Positions 11,170 to 23,868 are shown, counted from the first letter of the stretch. The stretch: DNA of 48,563 nt from Octopus bimaculoides (GCF_001194135.2 NC_068982.1:106071902-106120464), one strand, 5' to 3'. The notes: generated from the letters alone by a model not told the origin. Translations and numbers: made by a program.

Positions 11170-11630
11170 TCAGTTAGACATGACTATATAGGCAAAAATG
11201 CATTGGGATGTTAGCCAGATGTGTCGCTACAAAACAACAGAAAAGTGTTATGAAGGCTGCGATAGAAAATGTGAGTTACCTGATTTTATGGAGTTTCTGC
11301 ACAAAGACTGACCATTCTATGGAAGTAAAGAAGAACAAATATGATCATAGATGGCAAAATAAATAGTGTAAGACCATAGATTTTGCAATTTTCTATGACA
11401 GTGAAGACCAAGACAACCATTATTCCTGTAGCAATTGGTGCACTGGGCACAGCACCCAAAATGCTACTTAAAGGAGCGAAAGAGATTGAAATTGGAACAC
11501 GAATTATCAACCAGAAAAGTACCATCTCATATTCTGCATGAACTTTAAGGAAGAGTTTTGAGATTTGAGATTTGTCGTCACCAAACCTCAAGATAAAATA
11601 CCTTGCTAACTAAATCAGCAAGCACTAGCG
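11170..11630 (+). mobile_element. R4/Dong-clade non-LTR retrotransposon 3' fragment (RLE domain, internally deleted)
   Basis: RHDYIGK..HWD..IENVSYLILW..KTDH..IID..IDFAI..TIIPVAIGALGTAPK..IEIG..QK..LR; followed by a (TAA)n tail. Confidence 0.8.
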
Positions 11631-11642
11631 TAATAATAATAA

Positions 11643-11787
11643 TTCTTTCTGCTATAGGCACAAAGCCTGGAATGTTCTGAGGGGAGGGGTTCGTCGATTC
11701 TCTCGACCCTGGTACTTGATTAGTTGGGTTTTTTTGTCAACCCCAAGAGGATGAAAAGCAAAATCGACAACAGCGGAATATGAATAC
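11643..11787 (-). mobile_element. SINE family B, 5'-truncated
   Basis: Reverse complement of the tail (CTATAGGCACAAAGCC..GTCGATT..GACCC..GGATGAAAAGCAAAATCGAC); (AAT)n on both sides. Confidence 0.8.
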
Positions 11788-11822
11788 TAATAATGGTAAT
11801 AATAATAAAAAGAATTATTATT

Positions 11823-12292
11823 ACTGAGTGAGATAGCAGCGCATACCATCAAAGTGACATTTGGGTACACATATACGAAGCCCAATATACTCATCATCAC
11901 TACCCGTCCAATAAGGGTACACTAGGTACATGCATTACAACCATATGTGCGCAACATAGTGGTCTCCTATCAAGATAAACAACGCATGACCTTGCAGGTG
12001 GGGCCCAGTTAGAGTTTTCTTCAGGTTTAGTAACCCATCCCGCTCAAGAGGTCCCTGAATAAGGTTTGTTTAAGAATGAAACACACATGTTTCCAGAGGA
12101 GAATTATTAAAACCTCAAAGAATTCCTCTCAACACATGACTATGATACTCCCCCACTACTTCTGTTCGTGATCAGAGATGCACATGTCGTCAGCCACGAA
12201 GGGACATGCTCTACTGGTTAAGGTCAAATTTGAAGCGCAAATCTGTAGTACTCAGCAGAATATTCGTTGTAGCCCATCTTTTATACCAAGAC
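11823..12292. repeat. About 470-bp unclassified interspersed repeat (probable retroelement UTR)
   Basis: Higher-GC non-coding block starting right after (ATT)n. Recalled as a common octopus repeat; no second copy in the window. Confidence 0.45.
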
Positions 12293-12299
12293 TATTAGT

Positions 12300-12630
12300 G
12301 GATGGTACCTCTCTAAGTGTATACCTGTGAGTCGAAGAGAAGGAATTGGAAAGGGCACTTGCTCTTGGTGTTCAGGAATATCTCGGACAGTGGGATTTCT
12401 CGATTATCCCTAGAAGTCATCCTGTATCAGGAGAGCTACATCTCTATTATCCTTTTTCTTTTTCTTTTCTTTAAACTTTTGTAGACTATGTATTTTCCCC
12501 TTCCGTTTCATTGTTTATCGTGTAATCTTACATTTCTTTTTGTTACTTATTGAATTATCTTATCATTTCACTTTACGTCTGTCTTTGTATTGTCCCCTCA
12601 TCCTTTGCCCTGGTGGAAAATAAATGAAAT
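12300..12630 (+). mobile_element. Probable LINE 3' end with (ATT)n tail
   Basis: Pyrimidine-rich UTR-like stretch ending GCCCTGGTGGAAAATAAATGAAAT directly into about 110 bp of (ATT)n. Confidence 0.35.
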
Positions 12631-12632
12631 CA

Positions 12633-12687
<55 letters not shown>

Positions 12688-12738
12688 CATTATTATTATT
12701 ATTATCATTATTATTATCATTATTATTATTATTATTAT
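12629..12738. repeat. (ATT)n/(ATC) trinucleotide microsatellite
   Basis: Direct reading. Confidence 0.97.
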
Positions 12739-13630
12739 ATACAATCATATACATGTATATGCAAACATATATACATATACATATACACATACATACATAA
12801 ACAAATTTAACCACACACACACACACTCACACAGACGCATACATACTGAGAGACAGGTACAAATATATAATTACAGAAACATATGCGCCCACATATTCAG
12901 AAATTATCGATAATTCCGACGGCGCCTTTCACATCGAATGCAGTGGTGTCGTTTAGCACATCACTCACGGCATGATAGTAATTTTTACTTCTTTTATTGT
13001 GTCCAGAGAAACAGTGGTGATAGTGTAGTGATGATTTCTTGTCGGCTTTGCTGCCACTAGCAGACATCACAAACATTTAATAGTAAGACAGAAGCATTTG
13101 TTACTGTCTCTTCTTTTCAATTACGTATGGATTCTACCAAGAAATATCTGCTCGTAAATCACAAGCAGGAATTGAAGCATCTTAAAGGGAACATATATAA
13201 AATTTTGCTAAAGCTAAGTCTCTGAACGACATACTTGTCACAGACTTTGTGTAAAGCGATGTATAAGAAGAATTGCTGCAGTAAACAGCCCGTAGTTGAT
13301 ACTGCAATTTAAAAAGCAATGCCGGGGATCGAAAAGAATGATACACAGTCTTTCTGAAAAAATACTTAGAGTACGAGATCCCATACCGTCAGGAAAGGGT
13401 ATAGTCGGTAAAACAGGCATACTTTATTTTTTTTATTTAATTTGTTTGTTTTATATGACAATGAACGAAATAGCATCGTTGATTATAAGTTTCCAATGGA
13501 CAAAATGGAAAAAACTCCCGGTTCACTGCTTTTCTGACGGTGAGAGCGACAATAGAGTATCTATTACTCGGCGTTGTACAAAAATCGGTGGAAGAGTTTT
13601 CGGCATTTTTGTTGTCGCTGTTTACATCCG

Positions 13631-13739
<109 letters not shown>

Positions 13740-15202
13740 TGAAGGACAGATATATGATTACATATTACATGTAAACCTGCTGACCAAGTTAATGCAGGTG
13801 GTTTTCAACATTTGAGTTGTATATTTGGAGAATATCTGCCATCATCCTTGTCATATAATAGGAGTTGGTGTCGCTGTTAATCTCAGTTGGTCAGAGCGAG
13901 GTGCATTTAGAACCAAAAGATTTTCCTATCGAAATCTTGAAAACCATTTCAAATACACACGTTCTGTAACAGCATATTCTCCGTATACTGTATATCGCAT
14001 ATCTTTCTGCAGCTTCTCACAGTTTTCTTGGGTTTTTCTTTTCTGTTTTGTAATCTTTTGATAAAAATGCATGAGATGTTGATAATGTTCGTTTTACTTC
14101 TCCATTTTCAGTGTCATCCCAACTCTTGCCACCGGTTTGCCTGGAATTACGTTGAAGTATCAAGTGCGCATGCACATGGGACAAACTGAAGTTTCTTTTC
14201 TTCGAAACTAACTGGTTATATTTATATCCAATCAAAGAAGAATGTATACAATTTTATTGAAAGAAGAATGCATGCACGGTCTTTCTCCGGAAATAAAATC
14301 CTGAGTATATGACTCTCTTTTAATTTCATATTACTTCATTTGAACCACATAAAACAGATGAAAACGTTTCAATCAGAAATGTATATTAGATGCCATTTCA
14401 TAATAAATTAAGGGGTTTAATTTTATTATCATTTCTCGACAATTATAGAACATTTAATATGTTCACATTAGATAAAAAAAAAAGTTTAATAATCAAGGAT
14501 AGCAATACAACCACTTAATGTCTAAGATGAAAATTTCACCTGTCTTGAAGACATTCTGAAGACTCCTTTAGAAGAGGTAATAACTATGACAAAGATAGTA
14601 ATTAATGTTCTATATCTGAAAATCTTTATATGTCGTCAAGGTTTATTTTGCCTTTAGTCACATTTGCTGCAAACTGAAGACTGTCACAATTTGCTGCCTT
14701 GGTTAATACATATGTAAATTTCCTGTTTTCTGATCTGAGTGGGGCTGAGATTTCATTGATAAAGTGGAGAATACAAGTATTTGATTTTAATCGTTATTAA
14801 TTTTATTTGGATGAATTGGCGTGATTAACATGCTGAGTTCACAGCCATAAGTCCGTGTTTTCATTCCTGGACCGAGTAATGCTTCGTGCACTTGAACTAG
14901 ATACATCATTTCATGATGCTTCAATCTACTTCATTGTAAATATATACCAGCCGACTGTTGCCGCATCTTTCTGTCCCTCCAGCTGTCATTTTCTATGTTC
15001 TGTTGAGTCTAGAGTGAGATGATTGAAGGGATGTCTATGTCTGCCTTAAACCAGAGAGGCACCTAAAACAACGATGGTATGAAACGAGCTACCAGATCAT
15101 ACTCGTCTGCATGAATTTTAACCTATTTATATTGCAGTTAAGTCTGCTAGATTAAACATTATTTTTCTGTAACTGTTATGGATAAAGGAATGGCTTGTTT
15201 CA

Positions 15203-15382
15203 AAATAACTTTAAAATTTCATATGTTTTCCACTGTTAGGTATTAAAATCAATACTACTGGATATAACACCGTTAACACTTGATTCATAAATAACTTAAA
15301 ACTTTATATATGGCTTTCTCTGTTAGGTGTTAAAATCAGTTCTACTCGATATGAAAAGATTACCATTCAATTTATAAATAAG
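15203..15382. repeat. Diverged tandem duplication, period about 86 bp
   Basis: AAATAACT..CTGTTAGGT.TTAAAATCA.T.CTACT.GATAT starts at 15203 and 15289; a third unit begins at 15376. Confidence 0.75.
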
Positions 15383-15562
15383 CTCACATGGGACTGATTT
15401 TCAGTAACAGATGTAAGATACCAACAGGAATTCATCAGTTGTTGCTTAAAATTATATTTAACACCTGGCATCTAATATAAGTAGTTATTGTGATCGTTTA
15501 ATGATAAGATAGCCATGATCAAGCAGACCTACGATCAAAGCAATCTTTCAGCATGAACAAAT

Positions 15563-16175
15563 TTTCCTTTGTCAATGGTTCAGAAATTATCTGAAGATGA
15601 CAAAGGTGCATGAGCAGTGATGTGCGAATACGTAATTGGTTCAATAACCAGTGTTTCAGACTTGCTTAGATTTTATTCAACGATGAACCTTCCATATTGG
15701 TGACGCTGTCAACAAATATAATAGTCGAGTATGGGGGCTATGAAAATTCTCCTGAAAATTTGATTATTGCATTCAATCACCTGTTTGAACAGGCCACATG
15801 ACATTGTATCCTCCTGGTCGTTATTTTGATGACAGTGGTATGACAAAGGATATTCATTTGAAGTTCCTGAAAAACCTCTTATACCAGATATGAAAAAGAA
15901 AATAACATTCTTCAGTATACGCCAATTATTCAATGAGAACTCCTAAGGTTGGAGATGATTAATCTTTTAGTCATCTAGTTGTTATTTTATTTCCTTGGGT
16001 TTCTTCATTTAGAGCTATCTTCGTGGTCAGGTCTACGGAAATACAATCATGTATTAAGCATTTAATGTGAAGAATCGAAGTGATCAAAAGTCGGGCCACA
16101 TTTTGACGAATTCGATTTTAGCAGTAGGAAAAAAAATTCTTTTATGTACAAAGAATGGTGGTGAACATGTTGAAT
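15563..16175 (+). mobile_element. Heavily decayed Tc1/mariner-superfamily transposase of rosa/Visitor (DD41D) or maT-like type
   Basis: With frameshifts: MVQKLSEDDK..MCE..DLLR/ILFNDE/HIGDAVNKYNSRVWG/ENSP..PGRYFDD..FFI*SYLRGQVY..CTKNGGEHVE. This matches the recalled LVQ.L...D..FSDE..VNKQN.R.WG.ENP..DFFLWG.LK..VY motifs; the D-D spacing cannot be measured. Confidence 0.7.
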
Positions 16176-17307
16176 CCTATATTTTACAAAATAACTCGAA
16201 CAATTTATTATAAGAAATAATCACTTTTCACAGTAAATTTATCCATAGATGGATTAAATAGTATAAGGATGTTGAAAGACTTTTGAATCACTATGGAAAT
16301 TTGATTTCGAACACTAGATGCATTGCATAAGCTCGATGATGCAGAGTCTTTGAGATTAAATGCTGCTGAGTTAAATGTATTTTCTCTCCTCCTTAATTCG
16401 ATAAGAAAATCACCAATGAAAAAGCAGAGAAAGTTTGAATTACATAACGAACTAAAAAGAAACCTTCAATTTGTTTCTATTACTGATTACACATCAGTCT
16501 TTTCGCTTGATTTCTGTTTGATGTGAGAGCTGCATGTGAGGCTGTTGAAAATTAAATAATGATTGAAATACCAAATTAAGACCAATACCTTTTTAATTAA
16601 TGTTTGATGTGTTTGAAACTGCAAGAGTTGTGATCTCGATTTAAAGAGGACACTCTAGATGTAAAAGTGTATAATACTTCGATTTCTTCTTCAATGTACA
16701 TTATTGAAAAGACTACCTGTAGAAAGCATTTAAAGAATGCAGTTTTGTAAAGAAAATGTGAGTAAAGCATAGGCTATACATGGTTTCGCTGTTTGGTTAA
16801 GAAGTACACAACAACGTGATTTAGAGTTCGATCTCACTGTGCAGTAGATAGTGGTGGTACTCATATATATTGACTTGCTTAACTTGCTTGTCCTTATATT
16901 TACTCATATATATATATATATATATATATATANNNNNNNNNNNNNNNNNNNNNNNNNNNNNNNNNNNNNNNNNNNNNNNNNNNNNNNNNNNNNNNNNNNN
17001 NNNNNNNNNNNNNNNNNNNNNNNNNNNNNNNNNNNNNNNNNNNNNNNNNNNNNNNNNNNNNNNNNNNNNNNNNNNNNNNNNNNNNNNNNNNNNNNNNNNN
17101 NNNNNNNNNNNNNNNNNNNNNNNNNNNNNNNNNNNNNNNNNNNNNNNNNNNNNNNNNNNNNNNNNNNNNNNNNNNNNNNNNNNNNNNNNNNNNNNNNNNN
17201 NNNNNNNNNNNNNNNNNNNNNNNNNNNNNNNNNNNNNNNNNNNNNNNNNNNNNNNNNNNNNNNNNNNGAGTAAAAAGATTATGTGTAAGGGAGGTAAGTA
17301 GCTCTGG

Positions 17308-17338
<31 letters not shown>

Positions 17339-17829
17339 CATACGTACATACATACAAATGCTACATACATACATGAATGTGTGTGTGTGTGTGCCTGTGC
17401 GTGTGTGTGTATGTGTGTGTGTGTGTGTGTGTATGCGTGTGTGCGTGCGTGTGTGTGTATGTGTGTGTGTCTATGTGTGTGTGTGTGTGTGTTTCGCCTA
17501 TTTAGTCGACGAAAATATATAAATCGGCAAGTAAACCAAGAAGTCGGTGCTTTACTGGCTTGAAATATTTGTTCTCAATCGAATTGCACACTGTTGCTTT
17601 TCTTACCATTTATGAATACAATGTATCGTTGATTGACTTGTTAAGAAATCTTTGGATAACGATGCTATTATTCACTAGTTGTGATGTAAAATAAAAGATA
17701 AATACACGAATTAATCTTAAATAATGTAATTGAAAACGAAAGAAAAAAATATTCAAAATGTTGTTTGTTTTATACACCTCGAAGATACCACTGAAATAGT
17801 TTGTCGTCGTCGACGTCGGCGTCATTGTT

Positions 17830-18040
17830 GTTATTTAGCACAAGGCAGGCCAAGATATAGTAAATTTATGATCAGTCATTCTAAGTATCAAAATCTATCT
17901 TATTGTAATTTAATTTACATCAGATTACGATATCTATTATCCACTACGTCCCTTCATTTTAGGATAAAATATGATTTTATTTGAGCGTGATTTATCTGCT
18001 ATTTCTAGCAGGTGAAATTACCTTGCTGAAGCTCCTCGTA
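17830..18040 (+). repeat. Repeat family D copy
   Basis: GATTTATCTGCTATTTCTAGCAGGTG core shared with 6009. Confidence 0.55.
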
Positions 18041-19854
18041 TTGCTTCGAATGTTTTCGTTGCCATTGTTGTTATACAACCCCAAACAATGTTGATGTTGT
18101 TTAATCCTTGGTGAGCACTGAACCATTAAATCTACGAGCAAGGTTATTCCGACCCTGACAATTTCAGCTCTACCGCATCAAATGCAGAGGTTCACAAATA
18201 GGATGTCGCAGGGCAAATTGCGCCCCTAAAGGGTATCTAATTGTGTCACGGATTAATAATTTTAGAGCCTTTAAAAAACTCATATCAATGCCTGAGAGCC
18301 TTGAAAAATGTGTTATTCAATTTAAAAAAAAAAATTTTATAGCGATGGAGTAGCAAAATCGTCAGAGTATCGGGCGAGTATCGGACAAAAGTGAACTCTG
18401 ATTTTGCTCCTTTTAAGGTCAATAAAATACAGTTCCGATCAAGTAATAGATCGATTTGATCCATTATATCTATGTTAGAAACAATTATAATTTAGTCCCT
18501 TCGGGCTTGATAAAATCGTGTTCTAATCACTTCCTCGACATTTCAGGTCTTGTAATTATACTACAAATATCTTTTACACGCATGATTAATGAACAAGGTA
18601 AGCAATAGTTTGATTTATTTTCGTAATAATTTTAACATTAAAACACAAAATTTAAAAAATAATACGTCGTAATTGTTTTATTCAATCCAGCACACCCCAA
18701 AAATAAAAAAAAAANNNNNNNNNNNNNNNNNNNNNNNNNNNNNNNNNNNNNNNAAAATTTAAAAATTAATACGTCGTAATTGTTTTATTCAATCCAGCAC
18801 ACCACAAAAATCAAAAAAAAAAAAACAAACAAACAAACAATGAGTCGTTGATATAATGAGCTTTGTTTAAAGTATCACTGGGCGGGATTTGAGGAATATT
18901 TAGCTGCAAATGCTAGCTGGTCTCTGTTTGTTCCAGCGATATATTTTTCTGTAAATCTACAGACGTAGTATACAGCCAACCGTCAGTGGCAATCAAATTT
19001 GGCTTGGTAACATCTAACCATGCTTTCCCTAATTGATTTGAAATGCCTATGTGGCCACGAACGGACACAGTCCACTTCTCGACCTCCTTCGCTTTTGACT
19101 CATTGGAACATCCAGAGTTTTGATACTTATTACAGCTGGATAGATTAGATCAACGCAAAATGAACAGCTTTACTCCAGTGCACAATGAACTGTTCAGTCC
19201 TGGAATTGAATAGACATCAATTGCGATCGTGAACCAAACACTCGTAACCACAAAGCCCCGCTCTTCTACAAAACTTGCGATCTGCGAGAGGAACAATTTT
19301 TTAAAACTTCCTTATATAGTAAAGAAAAAAATGTGTTTTCACGTCAGTGTCATATCATGAAATCTTGTACATTTTATTTAAGTTTTATATTTATTAAATT
19401 TCATCTCTTTAGTTTTTGTCAAATATCATACGTGTGCGACAATTCAAAGTTAATTTTTATTGCATTTCTTTTTCTCATGTTCGTCATGAAACTGGGATAA
19501 TTTTTATGTTTTTGATATATATTTCTTCTTTATTTTTCTTGCTTTTTTTTTTTAATGATTTTTAAGAAATTCCATTGCAGTTTATAATGTCCTCTTTACT
19601 TTGTGTGTGCGTCTCTCCATGTCACTTGGGGCTTTATCGCCAACGAAGGACCGGTAGCTATTCTGGCTGTAAAAATTTTCTGCACGGCTCAAATTTCGTT
19701 TTAACACCAGAAAACCAATACGAACAGAAAGAATAAGATATTTATGTGTATATCACTCCTTCCTTCTGTGTTTTTTTTATATTTGATCTTAATTGTCTTG
19801 ACATTCACGAACAAAATAATTTAGTTAAATACCTTTTTACAAACACAAACAAAC

Positions 19855-19897
19855 ATATATACCTACATGCACAGCACATATATATAACATAAAGGCA

Positions 19898-19928
<31 letters not shown>

Positions 19929-20279
19929 CTATATATATATGTATGTATTATGTATGTATGTATATGTATATATAATATGTATGTATGTGTGTATATATAT
20001 ATGTGTGTGTATGTGTATATATATATATATATATGTATGTATATATATATGGATGTATGTATATATGTATATGTATGTATATATACATATGTATGTATGT
20101 GTATATATATATGTATGAATGTGTATATATATATATATGTGTGTATATATATATGTATGTATCTATCTATCTCTATATATATATATACATACATACATAC
20201 ATATATGTATATATGTATATACGTATACATACATATATGTATATATGTATATATGTATACATACATATATGTATATATA

Positions 20280-20325
<46 letters not shown>

Positions 20326-20417
20326 NNNNNNNNNNNNNNNNNNNNNNNNNNNNNNNNNNNNNNNNNNNNNNNNNNNNNNNNNNNNNNNNNNNNNNNNNNN
20401 NNNNNNNNNNNNNNNNN

Positions 20418-20462
<45 letters not shown>

Positions 20463-20499
20463 TCACACATATATACACACATACATACAAATATATATA
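19855..20499. repeat. Long (TA)/(TATG)/(TG) compound microsatellite with an internal gap
   Basis: Direct reading. Confidence 0.95.
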
Positions 20500-21430
20500 T
20501 GTACAACTCGGCAGTAGGTCCCGATAAGTTCCCGGCTACTGTCGTGAAGATGTGTCGACATCATATTGCACCCCATCTCGCTGAGCTCTGGAGAAACTTA
20601 TTTGATGCAGGCTACATTGCTGATAATTTTCTTTCCCAATCTGTCGTTCCAGTCTTCAAAATGGGAAACGCATTTCTTCTAGTGAACTACCGTCCGATTT
20701 CACTCATTTCTCACATCATTAAAATATTTGAGAGGGTGGTGAGATCGCGAATAACTCACTTCCTCGAAGACAACAATCTGCTGAACCCCAACCACCATGG
20801 TTTCCGTGATGGCAGAGACTGCCTGTCGCAGCTTCTGCACCATTATGATGACATCTTAAAAGCGTTGGGAGAAGGCTCCAACACTGACGTCATAGACCTT
20901 GATTTCAGCAAGGCATTTGACAGCACGGACTGCAAAATCCTGCTGAAGAAAGTATCCAGCATTGGAATTGGTGGAAAGCTGCTGCAGTAGATAAAGTGTT
21001 TCCTGACGAACAGAATGCAACATGTTGTGTTTGAGGGAATAAGATCCAGCTCAGCCAAAGTCAGTAGTGGTGTCCCACAAGGTACTCTGTTGGGTCCAGT
21101 CCTCTTCATTATTTACAACAATGACATAGTAGATGTCATCAAACATTCTACATTGAAAATCGTTACAGATGATTCCAAACTCCAGAAAGCCATAAACGGC
21201 ATCGGGCAACTCCCTAGTGTCACCGAACAACACCAGAGACCTTGGAGTAATTGTTGATAACAATCTAAACTGGAGTTCCCATGTAAACAGCAAGGTTGAC
21301 TTGGCCCGCAAGATGTGCTCCTGGATTCTGAGAACTTTCCGGTCTAGTGATGCTTACACTATCATCCTTTTCTACTCTACATTTTCCCGACCACACCTTG
21401 AATACTGTTGCCCACTGTGGGTCTCCTTCA
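20500..21430 (+). mobile_element. CR1-group LINE reverse transcriptase pseudogene fragment
   Basis: GPDKFP..NYRPISLISHIIKIFER..HGFRDGRDCLSQLL..LDFSKAFD..stop..FLTNRMQHV..SGVPQGTLLGPVLFIIY..TDDSKL (degenerate YADD)..RDLGVIVDNNLNWSSH..RPHLEYCCPLW. Confidence 0.95.
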
Positions 21431-21654
21431 GTTGACCAGCATTAGTCGTGACGTGCAATATTCTGAGCCAGACGACTCGACACGACACATAAAAGCGCGC
21501 GCGCGCGTGTCTGTGTGTACCTCGCCCAAATTCATAGGACACACAAACGAAAGCATGGTTGAAGTCAAGTGAAAAGGGTGAAAGAAGTATTTTCACAACA
21601 CCTAAGTTTAAACCTACGATCAACTGATTTGACTTTTACAGATAAAATGGAAAA

Positions 21655-21945
21655 GTCTTGTGAGTAGATTTGATAGATGGAAACTGAAAAAATCCCGTCG
21701 TATATATCTGTCTGTGTGTGTGTCTTTGTATCTGAGTTTGTCCCTCACCACCGCTTAACAACCAATGTAGGTGTGTTTACGTCCCCATCACTTAGCATTT
21801 CGGCAAAAGACTCCGATTGAATAAGTACTAGGCTTAAACAAAAACAAAGTCCTGGAATCGATTTGTTCGACTAAAACCCTTCAAGGCGTGTCCCAGCATG
21901 GCTGCAGTCAAATGACTGAAACAAATTAAAGATTAAATAAAGATA
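21655..21945 (+). mobile_element. SINE family A, 5'-truncated
   Basis: CTTGTGAGTAGATTTGATAGATGGAAACTGAAA..(TG)n..CCAGCATGGCTGCAGTCAAATGACTGAAAC; reverse-complement homolog of 23464-23868. Confidence 0.9.
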
Positions 21946-22588
21946 AAGTTCATCCAAAATTATTCCCATCAATATCTCTTTCGAAAGCTATGTACGACTC
22001 ACTCTGTATTTTTCCTTTTCTCTCTCGCTCTATACTTGCTCCCTGTTTTCAAATGAAGGCAATTCTTTGAATATACTGCTTCAATATAACTTTATTCATT
22101 AACTCCCTATTGCTCTGCAGCTGTATACTAGAAAGCACAAAATGTTGAAACAGGCTTCAAACAGATATGGAGGAAATATGAAATATGAAATATTAAATGT
22201 GCAAATAATATGAGTTTTTCAAAGAAAATTATATTTTCCATAGGCTTCACACCCTTACTCGAAAATGGATGAACACATCATCAAAGTGCTTTTATATGAA
22301 GCAAAAAATATAACTTAGCATCGGCCATAAGAAACATTAGGTTGTGCAACTTTGATCATGACTTGCGGTATTCAGAGGAAATCATTTTAAACAATACAAG
22401 AAGGCACATGTGAATGTATCCGGTTTGCCATCATGGAATATACAATCACTAACAAATGAACGGTACCATAGCTGAAAATAGTTTTTACATCGCATCTTAA
22501 CGCAAAATAAGGACTAGGCTGCTTTAGTTACTGAAACTGATGTGATCAACTCATGGCTAGAGCGCAATATGTATGTATGGAATAAAGT

Positions 22589-22800
22589 GGCGAGCTGGCA
22601 GAAGCGTTAGCACGCCGGGTAAAATGTTTAGCAGCATTTCGTTCGTCTTTACGTTCTGAGTTCAAATTCCGCCAACGTCGACTTAACCTTTCGTCCTTTC
22701 GGGGTCGATAAAATAAGTACCAATTGAAGAGTGGGGTTGATACAATCGACCTACTCCTTCTCCTGAAATTGCTGACCTTGTGCCAAAATTTGAAACCAAC
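22589..22800 (+). mobile_element. SINE family B, full length with TSD
   Basis: Head GGCGAGCTGGCAGAAGCGTTAGC, B-box GAGTTCAAATTCC; 19-bp TSD at 22569-22587 and 22801-22819 (17/19 match). Confidence 0.93.
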
Positions 22801-23168
22801 ATGTATATATGGAATTAAGCTATGAAACCATGAACAGCGATCAAATATTCACGTTCGAATCTGCCAGAACGTATAAAGAATGAGCAGATAAGTTATTGTT
22901 TGGATTCTTACTGCTCTGTGTATACCCCATGAATTATTATCTGTTTGAACAAAGAAGTCAAAACATTGTGTAGTTGTTTTGTATTATATAACACCGTTAT
23001 GTAACACCATAGAATAGTGATTGACAATCAACAGTACCGCGCTTCTCCTATGTGCGAATATATAAGCATATACAATCTCATGTATATACATAACTAACGA
23101 CTTACACACAAAAGGCAAACACACACATTCAAATATACCTATGTACATCGACTATAATGTGATATAGT

Positions 23169-23284
23169 GGAGGCGCAATGGCCCAGTAGTTAGGGCAGCG
23201 GACTCGCGGTCATAGGATCGCGGTTTCGATTCCCAGACCGAACGTTGTGAGTGTTTATTGAGCGAAAACACCTAAAGTTCCACG
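23169..23284 (+). mobile_element. SINE family C tRNA-like head
   Basis: GGAGGCGCAATGGCCCAGTAGTTAGG (A-box-like)..GGTTTCGATTCCC (B-box-like), followed by a non-tRNA body. Confidence 0.8.
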
Positions 23285-23463
23285 CACAACTATTACCCAT
23301 ATTTGATTTAGACGTAAAACACCTTACAATAAAATGAAGCTGCAGCATTCAACAGAGAAAGAATGCAGAATACGGGAGTGAGAGAAAGTTTTTAAAAATA
23401 CAGGGAAATGACTAATATAAACTAACAAACTGCGCACACATTCTCGCAATTCATTCACTCTCC

Positions 23464-23672
23464 TTTACTCTTTTACTTGTTTCAGTCATTTGATTGCGGC
23501 CATGTTGGAGCACCGCCTTTAGTCGAGCAAATTGACCCCGGGACTTATTCTTTGGAAGCCTAGTACTTATTCTATCGGTCTCTTATTGCCGAACCGCTAA
23601 GTGACGGGGACATAAACACACCAGCATCGGTTGTCAGGCAATGCTAGGGGACAAACATAGACACGCAAACAT

Positions 23673-23704
<32 letters not shown>

Positions 23705-23868
23705 TTACATATGACGGGCTTCTTTCAGTTTCCGTCGACCAAATCCATTCACAAGGCTTTGGTCGGCCCGAGGCTATAGTAGAAGGTACTTGCTCAAGGT
23801 GCCACGCAGTGGGACTGAACCCGGAACCATGTGGTTGGTGAGCAAGCTACTTACCACCCAGCCACTCA
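23464..23868 (-). mobile_element. SINE family A, full length (head GTGGCTGGGTGGTAAG, internal microsatellite)
   Basis: A/B-box-like head (GGTTCAGTCCC), central domain, (TG/TA) spacer and (GAGTAAAA)n-like tail; homologous to 36600-36998. Confidence 0.93.

Noticed and set aside
13150-13300. Possible Tc1 C-terminal remnant (RRIAAV)
   Set aside because: A single short motif with no upstream SPDLN or TIR support.
18647-18820. About 68-bp direct repeat on both sides of a 39-N gap
   Set aside because: Near-identical copies flanking a tiny gap at a poly(A) run are most simply an unmerged contig overlap or allelic artefact.
19600-19666. Possible 67-nt minus-strand exon (TTTTTACAG acceptor, AAA|GTAAAG donor; QNSYRSFVGDKAPSDMERRTHK)
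   Set aside because: The donor is mediocre, the peptide is unrecognised and a competing plus-strand acceptor exists at 19580; chance cannot be excluded.
23169-23245. tRNA-like sequence as a tRNA gene (also the heads at 22589, 36960 and 40783)
   Set aside because: No complete cloverleaf or acceptor stem, and each continues into a repeat body; these are SINE heads.
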